DNA of 64,000 nucleotides from Squalus acanthias (GCA_030390025.1 CM059432.1:54314001-54378000), one strand, 5' to 3'. Shown: positions 50,393-62,908, numbered from the stretch's first letter. Translations and numbers: made by a program. The notes: generated by a model not told the origin, from the sequence alone.

Positions 50393-51810
50393 ATGGCGCA
50401 ACAGGGAAGGTTCTCTGATGCTGCACTGAAGGTCTTGGTAGAGGAGATGGACAGGAGAAGAGCGGTCCTCTATCCACAGTGGGCCAGGAAGCCCTCCACA
50501 CAAACTCTACAAAGGCAGTGGGAGCAGGTAACAGTGGCGGTCAATGCCAGAAGTTAAGCCCTGAGGACCTGGATGCAGTGTCGCAAAAAGTTCAATGACC
50601 TCACACGAGTGGTCAAGGTCAGTGAATTCATCTTCAAATGCTGTATCACACCAACTGCACCATTAGCCTCACACACTGCTCAATGCACCACACCCCCATC
50701 ATTCACCTATGAACAATCTCTATTAATCAGGACTCAAACCTTACACTCATAGCTTCACCTCACACTCACACACTTAGCACTGCTGCAAGCCTCACACCTA
50801 CATCTGACAGCTTGCACACACTGCCAGTTATTCAACCATGACAGGCACATCACCCAAACACATTACTCCACACTCACTGACACACTTCCCTCTCTCTTGC
50901 AGGACAAGGTGGTGCATAACTGACGGCAGCCGAGGCTCCCCGTAGGGGGACAGGCACGCTTGCATGACCTAACTCCCATAGAGGAGACAGTGGTAGACAT
51001 AATTGGAGAGGCCATCGCTGAGCCCGTGGCCAGTGGCGGGGCTGAAACAATCAAAGATAACGGTATCCTCATACCTAATCTTCCTTCTCACATCTCACTT
51101 CCCTCTCATCCCACAATCTCTATTGATTTGCAAGCTGCAGATGGTGTAAGCATGCACCCCTTGTTTCCCCCCCCCCCACCACCCCCACCACCCCCATTCC
51201 CCTCACCACAACACTACCCTTGTGCCTTTCTCCTTTCAGATACCCAAGAACTGCAACCTGGCCAGGCAGTGGTGGCAAAACAAGAACTGGAAGAGGAAGA
51301 AGGCAGTGATGCTGAAGGCACAGCACCATCAGTTGATTTCATACTCGCAGCCACCAGCTCAGATACTGACACTCCGCATACTTTAGAGGGTAGCTTAGAC
51401 GTGGGATCTGCACGTGGTGAGACACTGGGCATGAGTGGGCTGCAGCCAGGGCAGAGTTGGCAAGAGTACCGCAGGTGCCAGCTCCCCGGAGGGTGAGGTC
51501 GCACACGAGTTCTGCTGCAGAGGACTCAGATGAGCATTTCAATGGGGCAGGCTACAGAAGAAGGCTGATGGGTATGCACAATTAAATGCTTGGTGCATTG
51601 GCAGACCTGCCAGGAAGCTTGCATGCAATGTCAAGGAGCTTGGAGGAGTCTGGCACTAAGTTGGCACAGAGCTTTTCGCAGAGCTAGGAGACAATCCTTG
51701 CCAGCATGGAAGTGATGACCAATTCCATGAGCACACTTGTGGACCCAACCAAGATGCAGTGTCTGATAGCCGATGTCTCAGCTTCCATTGCAGCACAAGC
51801 AAGCACTAAA
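50393..51810 (+). pseudogene. Harbinger Myb/SANT-like gene (exons 50393-50617, 50903-51062, 51240-), exon 3 internally deleted
   Basis: MAQQGRFSDAALKVLVEEMDRRRAVLY..QWEQVTVAVNA..RTWMQCRKKFNDL; same GT-AG sites and 160-bp exon 2 as the copy at 12600. Confidence 0.88.
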
Positions 51811-51999
51811 GAAATGCACAGGGTTGATTAGTTTAAATTTGTATGCAATGTGGCATGAATTCATTTACAAATTTGGTTTGGAATGTTTATTTTGTGTTGC
51901 CTTTTATTTTTGCATTGTGGCCAAACGGATGCTGTTATGGTCAATGACAGAGGGAAGGTAAGGTGTGGGACTGTTGGGGTTGCGTTTACTGGTATCACA

Positions 52000-52606
52000 A
52001 CCAGATGAGTTGGTCACGGACTGTCCCGTCAGAAAGGGGCTGTCTGAATTGCCTCCTCCCTTCCTCTTCCTCTTTCTCCTCCTCTTCCTCCTGCTCCTCC
52101 ACTGATCACCATATGGTTGGTGGCAAGGGCGGTGCACTCACGATGGTGAGGTTGTGCAGCATGCAGCAGACCACCACGAATCTCGACACCCGCTCTGCCG
52201 AGTATTGCAGGGCTCCTCCAGAGCGGTCCCGGCAGCGGAAGCATTGCTTCAACATGCCACTGGCGTGCTCGATGTTGTTTCTTGTGGCAGCATTGCTTTT
52301 GTTGTATGAATGCTGCCCACATGTGCGTGGGTTGCGCACCAGAGTCATGAGCCATGTTGTTGTTAATGGATAGTTCTTGTCTCCCAGTAGCCAATCTCTC
52401 GTTTGTCCTTGGAGTTCAAATGCAGATGGGACACGGACTGCCGCAGAATGAAGGCATCATGACTGCTGCAAGGATACCGGGCATTGGTTTATATGATTCG
52501 CTAAGTACGGTTGCACACCAGCCGGATATTGAGGGAATGGAATCCCTTTCGGTTGCAGTACATCTCAGAGTTGAGATGCAGAAGCCACACAGCTACATGC
52601 GTGCAG
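52000..52606 (-). pseudogene. Harbinger transposase C-terminal half, convergent with the Myb-like gene
   Basis: NRKGFHSLNI..PGS.HDAFIL..IEHASGMLKQCFRC..VVCCMLHNL. Confidence 0.88.
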
Positions 52607-53497
52607 ATTTTTTTCTAAAGGTAATTATTGCACACTCAATGGCAGGCAGCGAAATTAAAGACCAATTTCAAGGATTATATTCAAAGTAGACGAGTGTTAA
52701 AACATTTTTCTGCATTTCAAAGACATTAGCAAGAACTTCTTAAATATAAGTGCATAGAATTTCCATGAGGGTTCTCCTGATCCACCAGAACATCAGCGGA
52801 AACCTCAAAGACCATTTCCGCCGTTTCTCCCCGTTTCTGCCAATGTTTCACTGAAAATACGGCAGGAAAATAGGAGAACTCCTGTTGAAATTCCAGGCAA
52901 TGATACTCAAAAAGGAAACTGAATCCAAATTGAACAAATTCCGATGTTTGTATAAAACATGATTTCGTCAGACATAATTAGATCAAAATCAACTTTATCT
53001 CCAGTAAAAGCATAAACTGCTGGAAATGCAGACTAATTGACTTGCTGTATATTCTCTAGATTTTCTGCTTATATTTCAGATTTCCAGTATTCATTGTTTA
53101 CATTTTATCTCAGTTCCTATAAGGTGTCTATAACCAACACAAATCTGTAAATTGAGCGATACGCTAACCTCAATGATGAATGAAATATGCATTTATAAAC
53201 ACAATGAGGAGAATTTTAACCTAGTAACAACTCGCCTCTTTGAGTGACGTCAAGATGGAGAGATTGATTGTTGTTTGTAAAACAGCAAAGGAACAGCTCA
53301 AGTGTCAAATTTTGATCTTCTGCCACTTTGGACAGACCAGCCTAACCCACCTCGCCCCTCTGTAAAGGTGCTGCTGCAGAATTCCGGGGCCCCCATGGGA
53401 CAGGTGCACTGGTAGCACCATAAATGATGGCGGGAACCCTGACCCTTTTATACAAATGACCGCATCCCCGAGATTTGGGATGGGGTCATCGCTGGAA

Positions 53498-53763
53498 TAG
53501 TGTCGCCAACTCTGGTTGGATATATTCCTGGAGGTTTCATCATATGACCTCCCGTCTCCAACTGCCCCACCCAGTCAAATAGGCTTTTTTCTCATCTCCA
53601 ATATTTTTATAACTAATAAACAATAGTGTTCAAAGAAAATTAAAAAAAACACTTTTTTTAATGCCTCTATGATTTTTCTCCCTGTTCCTCACAGAAGTGT
53701 CCTGGAGATTAATCTTAATTGCTAGCGACTCCAGCTACAATCCTGAAGGTTTGCCACACCATA
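53498..53763. mobile_element. Possible non-autonomous hAT-type element
   Basis: Ends resemble a decayed TAGGGTTGCCAAC-type TIR (tagtgtcgccaac / gtttgccacaccata); no clean 8-bp TSD. Confidence 0.35.
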
Positions 53764-54549
53764 GTTCCAGCAGTATAGCTGCCAAACAGAAAATTCTAGG
53801 CTCCTGTTTTTTATTTAAGGTGGTTTTCTCCCCTGCTTTCTTGGTTCCCACAAACCATGCACCATCCATAGCCAAGAGGGTGGGCAGCAGACCTGTTTCC
53901 GTATCTCTACAAATATTGCTTGCTAAGTGATAGCTTTACTGCTGAATTTTCCTCTTTCTCACGTCTGAGGTGGATAACTCTGTATGTGGGCCATTGTAAT
54001 CAAAAACCTATATCTTGCTACTCCAAGGTACAACGTGTTGATACTGTAATTAATTATGCCACTATACTCCTCTTTCTACCATTGATAATCAACTCCCTCA
54101 AAGGAGCAATCTCTTGGGGGGAAAAAAAGTTTTTGGCAATGAAACACAAAAGAGCTTGCCTATCTCTTTTTAATGAAGAGCTTGCCCCTTTAAGCTGGTT
54201 GCATTTTTTTACATTATATAATCCGGTATCTTGCCATGCTTTGACGAAATAACTTTACTTTTCTTAGCCGACTAAGAAGTGCTGTCTGTTATTTTAACAC
54301 ATTGGTCACCTTTATCCCAAGACAGCTGGTTATGATGCTACAGTCTTCAGGCACATAATTGGAGCCAAAACTTGTCCTTCGGTGTGATTAATACCAGCAA
54401 CAGAAGGGGTGATTCATCAGCATAGAATCGGGTTTTTGGGGATTTGAAGGCTGAGTAGATCAGCACCAGCAAATTCATTGTTCTAAACAATGCTGTATCT
54501 GAAAATCTAATAAAAACTGGAAAATCAATAAGTCTTAAAGGGACTCTTT

Positions 54550-55264
54550 GGGGAAGAAATTCCCCTTGAGGGCCATTTGGGGCACTAAGTCAAAAATGTT
54601 TGAAAAGTTAGCGCCAGGCACTAACCTTTTCAAACATTTAAGAAATTCCCATTTTTTGCTCCAAGAGGGAAGTGGAGCGCTAAATCAAGTGCTCCACTTG
54701 CCTCTTGGAGCACAAGAGGCAGGGAATGTCCCGATCCGGGGCGAGGTGCTCAGCAGCGCCACGTGTGGCCATGCGTGGCGCTGCCGCGTTGCAGGGGTTC
54801 TTCCCTCAATTAAAGGGAAGGTTTCCCTGCTGCGAGCTCTGCATTTTTTTTGGCATCTGCGAGAGCACCGGGATCTGGGAGTGCCAAGCGATCAGCCCGG
54901 CACTCAAGTTTTTTTTTTTTAAAATCGGTGACTTTTTTCATGTCGGCCGGCCACCGCGCCTTAAAATGGCACCCCGCGATCGGCTGGCCTCACTGTTCGC
55001 GACCCCTGCAGCAGTCGGTAACATCGCCCGGCGCTGCTGCAGGGCATGAGGGGGAATTGTTCTTCCAAGGCGTTACCACTACCGGGCACAGAAGATCGGG
55101 GCGATACCCAGTAGTGCCGCCGCTAACCTCCCACGGAATTTCACTGGAGGCACGGTTATCGCCTCGGGGGGGGGGGGGGGGGTGGGTGGGGGGAGGTGCG
55201 AAAAGCCATTTGCACCCCATTAGCACCTCCCACCGGAGGCGCAAATGAGGGGAATTTTGCCCCC
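54550..55264. mobile_element. Harbinger-type MITE
   Basis: TIR ggggaagaaattcccct / aggggaattttgccccc; TTT TSD; related to 14978-16681 in reverse. Confidence 0.85.
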
Positions 55265-55883
55265 TTTATTTCTCTTTATTTGTGGAGAGAGAATGCTCAT
55301 TGACTGGAAACGTTAACACTCGCCATAGATGCTGCCTGACCTGCTGAGTGGTTCCAGCATTTTCTGTTTTTACTTTTGCGTAAGTGTAGTTTCTGTATTG
55401 CAGTAAAACTTAACCAACCATTAAATTGCTTCCACCAAACATTTAGTACAGAACTCATTGTTTTTATCCTTTGCTCCATGACATCACAGACATAGCTCCT
55501 CATTTAATTATTATAATTGTCAGTCAACTGTTTATTTGTGCTGTAATCAGAACATGTCTGCTTGACTCAATTGATAAGACTCTCATGTCCAGGTCAGTAG
55601 GTTGAAGGTTCAAATCCTGCACCAGTGAATAATTGCAGAATCTAGCTGACATACTAGTACATTATTAAAGGGATGATGTGTTGTCAGGGGGAATTTTAAC
55701 CTAAAAAACCACAGGTGGGTTGAGGGCGTGGGGATAGTAAAGTGTTAAAAATCAGCATCCTGACCTCAACCCGCCCACATCTGGTTTTAATGGGGGCAGG
55801 CTGTCTATTTAAATATTATAATGAGGCTTGAAGCCTCTTTAACCTCCATTTTGTGTTTAACTGTATCTGATCGGGTTTTGCAC

Positions 55884-56335
55884 AGCCAGTGGCTCAGTTG
55901 GTAGCACCCTCGCCTCTGAGTCAGAAGGTTGTGGGTTCAAGTCCCACTCCAGAGATTTGAGCACAAAAAATCTAAGCTATCAGTACAGTACTGAGGAAGT
56001 ACTGCACTGTCGGAAGTGCCGTCTTTCAGATGAGACGTTAAACCGAGGCCCCCATCTGCCCTCTCAGGTGGATGTAAAAGATCCCATGGCACTATTTCGA
56101 AGAAGAGCAGGGGTGCTCTCCCCGGTGTCCTGGCCAATATTAATCCCTCAATCAATATAACAAAAACAGATTATCTGGTCATTATCAGATTGCTGTTTGT
56201 GGGAGTTTGATGAGCGCAAATTGGCTGCTGCGTTTCCTACATTACAACAGTGACTACACTTCAAAAAGCGCTTTGGGATGTCCGGTGGTCGTGAAAGGCA
56301 CTATATACATGCAAGTCTTTCTTTCTTTTCTTTCT
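55884..56335 (+). mobile_element. Best-preserved tRNA-headed DeuSINE (SacSINE1-like)
   Basis: Pol III A box tggctcagttgg, B box ggttcaagtccc, central domain gatgtaaaagatcccatggcactatttcgaagaagagcagggg, tail ctatatacatgcaagtctttcttt. Confidence 0.9.
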
Positions 56336-56433
56336 CATAAAACTCTGTTGAAATTCTTAAACACACAGCTGCTTGTGGAGTTAACTTCCCTTTTTCATGT
56401 CAAAAGAAGACAATCCCACACATCATCAATCAA

Positions 56434-56567
56434 GGGTCATCTGACGAAGGGTCATCCACCTGAAACGTTAACTCTGTTTCTCTCTCCACAGATGCTGCCT
56501 GATGCTGAGTATTTCCAGCATTTCTGTTTTTATTTCAGATTTCCAGCATCCATAGTATTTTGCTTTT
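56434..56567 (+). mobile_element. 134-bp element with a hammerhead core and a 14-bp TSD
   Basis: acatcatcaatcaa at 56420-56433 and 56568-56581; CUGACGA..GAAACGUU at 56441-56469. Confidence 0.85.
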
Positions 56568-57687
56568 ACATCATCAATCAATGCCAGCTTGAGTTACACA
56601 ACTTCTTGCAGCTTTCAAATAAATTTTACAACTTTTACCCGATATCATACACACAGTAATAGCATTCCCCCTTTTCTCCCTTTTGGTCACACATTCCAGT
56701 ATCAACAAAATGAATAAAAATCACCTCAAAGCATTGAGTAGTACTGAAATTGGTCAGAAATTTTAAAAATACTAATTATTGACTCATGTCTGGAACCACA
56801 GACTTTCACACAATTTACAACAACCAGAATTTCACCGTGGCCATAATAAAAGTCTGATTTTCACAATTTTATAGTAATTTAACCTCAATAACGTCAATTT
56901 AATTCAGACCAATATCCTAAATTCAACACACATTCCAGCCTGAAAAAGAGGGAGGCGCCACAGCTACAGTAACATTCACACATGCTTTTTAAAAAAAAAT
57001 TAACATTCACACTGAAAACAAAAAACTGTGAATCAGTAGAAAAGAGACACGATCTTCCATTTACTTCTTTATTCCATCAAAACTATTTTATCCTTTTTCC
57101 CATAATTAATTTTCAATTACTGATGTTTTCTATTGAATCCCATTCTGTATGGATTCAAAGTTTCAAGCGGACAGTCCAAGCCTCTTTCCTCCTGCACAAT
57201 GCTGAGGAGATTTCTCTGAGCCTTTTTCAGAATTTTTTCAGTGCAAGGAAGAGAATATTTTGAATAGATTGTCTCCTTATTCTCCTTGTGACTTCAATAG
57301 GATTCTCCCCGGGCTTAATAGGTCCTACCTCCCGAGCCAGTGACTCAGGCTGCGATTTCCCCTACCTTGGTGGGTCCGGTGAGGCCGGGGTCGGTGGCGG
57401 CGTGTGACCCCGCTGCCGGCTCCAGCCCGCTGTCCCAAGTGATCTTACGCTGATTGGGCTTGTTAAGCCCGACTAGCACATTTCCCGGCCAACTGAAGGA
57501 AGCGGGTCTGATGACATCACTTGATGACGCGTCATCAGCCGGTTTCCTTAAAGGGACCATGCGCAAATTGATTTTGACAGTTATGCTGTCAGTGTTCTAC
57601 AGCGTTGAGGTGCTGCAAACACTGACAAGCACTGCACAAAGGTGCACAGCTGCACCCAGGCTCTCCATGACCCCCTCCATATGCATC

Positions 57688-57935
57688 CCTGAGGTAGAAA
57701 ATTCCAAAGATTCACAACCCTCTGAGTGAAGAAATTTCTCCTCATCTCAGTCCTAAATGGCCGCCCCCTTATTCTGAGACTGTGACCCCTAGTTCTAGAC
57801 TCCCCAGCCAGGGGAAACATCCTCCCAACATCTACCCTGTCAAGCCCCTTAAAAATATTATATATTTCAATGAGATCACCTCTCATTCTTCTAAACTAGG
57901 AATATACGCCTAGTCTACCAAATCTCTCCTCATAG
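57688..57935 (-). mobile_element. CR1 C-terminal fragment adjoining MITE-like sequence at about 57300-57687
   Basis: ORF 57581..57886 MRGDLIE..FFTQRVVNLWNFLP. Confidence 0.85.
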
Positions 57936-58114
57936 AGAGGGGCTGTACTGCAAATGTCCCCAGATCTGCCACTCATTCCAAAGTTGATTGTATGCTTTAC
58001 ATGCCCTGCCTGAACATCCCATACATGCAGGTACTGGGGTCCTCCACATTTGTCTCAGTGTTTGGGAAGCAGATCCCCAAAAGACTCCAACAATCACTCA
58101 TGCTCTGGAAGCAA

Positions 58115-58312
58115 CAACAGCAACAACAACAACTTGTATTTATATAGCAGCTTTAAAGTAGTAAAACATTCCAAGGTGCTTTGCAGGAGTGATACAAGAC
58201 AAAATTTGACGCCGAGCCACATAAGGAGAAATGAGGGCAGATGACCAAAAGCTTGGTCAAAGAGGTAGGTTTGAAGGAGCGTCTTAAAAGGAGGAAAGAG
58301 GGGTAGAGAGGT
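58115..58312 (-). mobile_element. L2 3' end
   Basis: FKTLLQTYLFDQAF; same tail as 24742-24900 with (aac)n. Confidence 0.8.
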
Positions 58313-59494
58313 GTGGATTGTACATGAATTTGCAGTTAGTGAAGGAACCATTAAAAATTGTTATATCAGAAAGCAAAATTATAAAAGGGGTATACCATAT
58401 TCACTAATGACTCAAGAGTTGCAGTTAGCTATTTTTCTTTTGTGCAAGAACTCCTGCTTACGGAACAGGAATAATCTGAGATAAATTTCACAGTATTTCA
58501 CAATCATGTTTTCAAATATTTCTAAATTCATAAGAATCTTACAGACACTTTTATTGTGACCATTGACAAAGATTAAAATTGGAATTCACCTTTATATTCA
58601 AAATGTTACATCCAGTAAAAGAAATTAAAACTGTTTTTATTGGAAACTTAACTAATGTGCTTACCAATCTTTTAAAGACACATTCTGCCTAAAGCAGCAA
58701 CATAGGTTAACTCCTTTCCATTATCATCAATTTAGACTGTGTTGATGTTCTACTCACTCCACATAAAATTAGAATTTCATTTACTTTAAAGGCTATCAGT
58801 GTCAACATTAACGAGTTTTAATCTGTCATAGCACATAATGCAACCCATGTCTCCTGAAGTAAATCATACCCTGGAGAAATTATAACATTACAAGATACCT
58901 GCTTCACAATCTATGAGATTTTGATGAAGCTATTGAGACAATCAAGGCTTAATGCAGCCAGACTAAAGCAATAGGATTGTGAAATCCTACCCATTTTATT
59001 TCCCAACTGAATTGACAGGCACTACTACCTTTCAGATATTACTACTGCTTTAGTTAATTTTCTGCTCAATCTTTCTGCTCAGTCTTTTTTATATTGGAGA
59101 ATAATCAAATTGTATTTGACATTTTAAATAGTTCATAAAATGTAGCTTACTGTTATTGACTTTCAGTATTTAGGTACCCTGAAAATTTCTGGAAGATGCT
59201 GAGAAATGTTTTTCCATTGATTGTTGATTTTCTTTTGCTTGAAACAACTGCCAATACCCATTATCTTAATTCATTGGAGTAGCACTCAATGTCTTTGGTA
59301 TCCCTTTTATGAAGTTTGTTGCTGCCATTTAGCAGTTAATTGTGGCTGTTGGGCATTTGATTGAAGGGCAATGTTGTCTGGCAAGTATTTCTGGTGTTAA
59401 TTGCTTAATTAAACTCATTATCCAATTTCCATTCAATTGAACTGACAGATGTACTGACCTGTTGTGTTTTTTTTCCCTGAGACTTTGGGCTGGC

Positions 59495-60115
59495 ACACAG
59501 GTACAAAATTAATCAAAAAGTCTAATGGAATGTTGGCCTTTATCACAAGGGGGTTGGAATTCAAAAGTGAGGAAGTGGTGCTTCAGTTTTACCGAACTTT
59601 GGTCAGATTCCACCTGAAGTATTGCATTCAATTTTGGGACTGCACCTCAGGAAAGGGGTACAGTGCAGATTCACCAGGATGATACCAGGGCTTAAAGGGT
59701 TAAATTATGCGGCTAGGTTGCATAACCTTGGACTGTATTATCTTGAGTATAGATTTTCAGGGTGATCTGATCGAGGTAGTTAAAATGATTAAGACGTTGA
59801 TAGGGTAGACACAGTAAACTATTTTTTCTGGTGGGGGAATCCAGAACAAGGATGTGTAATCTTAAAATGAGAGCTCGGCAATTTAGGAGTGAAATCAGGA
59901 AGCACTTTTTCACGGAAAGTATAATGGAAATCTGAAACGCGCTCCCCAAAAGGCTGTGGATGCTGGGTCAATTAAAATTTTCTAGACTGAGATTGATAGA
60001 TTTTTGTTAGGAAAGGATATCAAAGGATAAATGGAGTATAGGTAGAGATCAGCCATGATCTAATTGAATGGCAGAACAGGATTGAGGTGCTGAATGGCCT
60101 ACTCCTCTTCCTTTG
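59495..60115 (+). mobile_element. Degraded CR1 3' fragment
   Basis: NGMLAFITRGLEFKS..LVR.HL.YCIQFW; CR1 3'UTR. Confidence 0.85.
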
Positions 60116-60163
60116 TGCCATCTTCCTTGCACTACCATTATACAATATATTTAGAGTAGGTAC

Positions 60164-60950
60164 TGTAAGCCTCTCTCTTACTACTGTTCAGACCTCGAGA
60201 ATTACAAATAAGCGTAACAATGACAGATAAGTATGTGATTAATAAAATTGGTCTTTATTCACACTACAGTTCAAAATTCAAGTGTACATAGAAGCATTCT
60301 CTCGCAATTAATATGCTTACAATTTACCGTACATAAAAGTACTTCCCAGCAACTTATATGCTAATTCCTGACGATTCATATCCCAAGTCAACCGTACATA
60401 AAAGTACTCTTTAACAATAGCTAAGCTCTATGTCCAACTTTCATACATACTATTATCCCAGGGTGATCAGTCCGGAAAAGTAGTAGGTTGCACACATATA
60501 CTGGCCAGCTTTCTTTGTTCCTCTCTTCTTCTTCTGCTTCCTTCTGAATTTCCCGCCTCTGGTCATTTCTTTATAGTACCTTTCTGCTGGCCCCCCTCGT
60601 ACATCTCCATCTGCCTCCCTCTGATAGGTCAGTTTCACTCCAAGCCTTCCCTGATTGGAGTTTCTTCTGCATGACACGTTCATGTTCCTGTGATGTGTGT
60701 GGGGGCAGGACTTCCTCTTCATCTGGTGTTTCTCCTTCCTGTCCATGTGGTCTCACAAACAAAGGACCATATGCTGACCATCAGGCAAAGGACCCCCTGC
60801 TGACTTCCTCCATTTTGTGTCTTCACAAACAAAGGAACACATGCTGACTTCCTACAATTTGAGTCCATCCATTACCATTTCACAATTCATTTGTAATTTC
60901 AATCTCCACATGGTAGCAGCAGTTTTATTAAGGTTTTTTAGAATCTTACA
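60164..60950 (-). mobile_element. Solo LTR (787 bp) of an LTR retrotransposon or ERV
   Basis: tgtaag...cttaca ends; GTAC TSD at 60160-60163 and 60951-60954; minus-strand TATAAA near 60572 and AATAAA near 60255; internal direct repeats. Confidence 0.85.
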
Positions 60951-61257
60951 GTACCACCATGGTCTCTGACTTAAGAACATAAGAATTGAAGCAGCAGTAG
61001 GCTATAAGGCCTCTTGAGCCTGCTCCGCCATTCAATAAGATCATGGCTGAACTTTTACATTAACTCCACTTTCCCGCACTATTCCCATATCCCTTGATTC
61101 CCTTAGTGCCCAAAAATCTATCGATCTCAGTCTTGAATATATTCAATGACTGAGCATCCACAGCCCTCTGAGGCAGAGAATTCCAAAGATTCACAACTAT
61201 CTGAGTGAAGAAATTTCTCCTCAGTCCTTATTGGCCGACCCCTTATCTTGAGACGAT

Positions 61258-61445
61258 GGGCTGGATTTTATCAATGGTGGCGCGTTGGGGGCGGGACTGC
61301 TGGTTGTTGGGTTTCAGTCCCACCCCCAATGACATCCAGCCAACCCACGCTATTTTCCCTTGCTTGACCTTGTTAAGCCTGCCCTGCAGGCTTAGCAGGC
61401 CAATTAAGGGAAAGCCGGTGACAGAGAATATCAGCATATGACGTC
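61258..61445. mobile_element. One-ended fragment of the gggctggatttt MITE family
   Basis: Starts gggctggatttta; matches the reverse complement of about 33660-33835. Confidence 0.75.
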
Positions 61446-62348
61446 AACATTTACTAGTCTCTCACCATTTAAAAAATATTCTGCTTTTCCATTCTTCCTA
61501 CCAAAGTGGATAATTTCACACTTCCCCACATTATACTCCATCTGCCACCTTCTTGCCCAATATCGCAACCTGTCTATATCCCTTTACATCCTCCTAACAG
61601 CTTACTTTCCCACCTTGCTTTGTAACATCAGCAAACTTGGATATATTACGCTCGGTCCCCTCATCTAAGTCATTGATATAGATTGTAAATAGCTGAGGTC
61701 CAAGCACTGATCCTTGTGGCACTCCACTTGTTACACCCTGCCATCCTGAAAATGACCCATTTATTCCTACTCTCTGTTTTCTGTCCATTAACCAATCCTC
61801 AATCCATGCTAATATATTACCCCCAATCCCATGAGCACTAATCTTGTGTAACAACCTAATGTGTGGCACCTTATCGAATGCTTTCTGTAAATCCAAATAT
61901 ACTACAAGCACTGGTTCCCCCTTTTCTGCCCTGCTAGTTGCTCCCTCAAAAAACTCTAATAGATCTTTCAAACACAATATCCCTTTCATAAAACCACGTT
62001 GACTCTACCTAATCATATTGTGATTTTCCAAGTGCCCTGTTACCACGTCCTTAATAATAGATTCTAGTATTTTCCCTATTACTGATGTCAGGCTAACAGG
62101 TCTATAGTTCCCTGTTTTCTCTCTCCCTCCTTTCTTGAACAGCGGGGTTATATTTGCTACCTTCCAAACCACAGGGACCATTCTAGAATCTAGGGAAATC
62201 TAGAAGATCAAAACCAATGCATCAACTATCTCTGCAGCTACCTCTTTTAAAACCCTAGGGTGTAGGCCGTCAGGTCCAGGGGATTTGTCAGCTTTTAGTC
62301 CCATTAGTTTCTTTAGTACTTTTTCTTTACTAATATTAATTACTTTAA

Positions 62349-62418
62349 GGGGGAAATATTGGGTTGCTTTGCGCCTGGGGCGCTAACAGGAGGCACGAAG
62401 CAACCCAATTTTTCCCTC
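62349..62418. mobile_element. 70-bp micro-MITE, little more than two TIRs
   Basis: gggggaaatattgggttgctt / aagcaacccaatttttccctc; ends match the right end of 48714-49322. Confidence 0.75.
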
Positions 62419-62536
62419 TTGTTCTTTGTGTCTTCTACTGTGAAGACAGACACAAAATATTTGTTTAACGTCTCTGGCATTTCCTTATTCAGAGGTCGCA
62501 CAACACCAGGTTATAGTCCAACAGTTTTATTTGAAA

Positions 62537-62574
62537 TCACAAGCTTTCGGAACTATCGCTCCTTCCTCAGGTGA
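62537..62574 (-). ncRNA. Minimal type I hammerhead ribozyme motif in the Penelope terminal region
   Basis: Minus strand: ucac-CUGAGGA-a-ggagc-gaua-guucc-GAAA-gc-UU-guga. Confidence 0.8.
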
Positions 62575-62908
62575 AGTAAATTGGATACAGAATCGTCAGA
62601 GCATATATAGATGGAAAAAAAAGCATGTGTACTTTACAATTGCAGACCAATAAATTAAATCATCCTGACTATCTGCCGAGGTGTGATAAAGTTAATTAAG
62701 TCAGCCAGGAAGGTACCACATCAAAAGACATAGCAAGATACAACTGAGACAATGAGGTGAAGTCGCAGGGGTTCTAACGTGTCAAAAGCTGCCGTCTGTA
62801 TGTAAAACGAAAAGCTTTAAAAAAAAATTTACTTTTTTACTGGGAAAATTTTTACTTTTTTACTGGGAATCACATCTGTGAACAAGCTAACGACGACTCG
62901 AGTCCGGA

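Larger units (their letters stand above)
60972..62490 (-). mobile_element. CR1 (RT to 3' tail) with MITE-associated deletions
   Basis: ORF 61594..61989 [27 protein letters not shown]; tail reads taagaacataagaa on +. Confidence 0.9.

Noticed and set aside
53920..54252. 110-aa ORF in unique DNA
   Set aside because: No motif or splice support; consistent with a chance ORF.
55884..55955. tRNA gene
   Set aside because: The A/B boxes continue into a SINE body found several times in the window; it is a tRNA-derived head.
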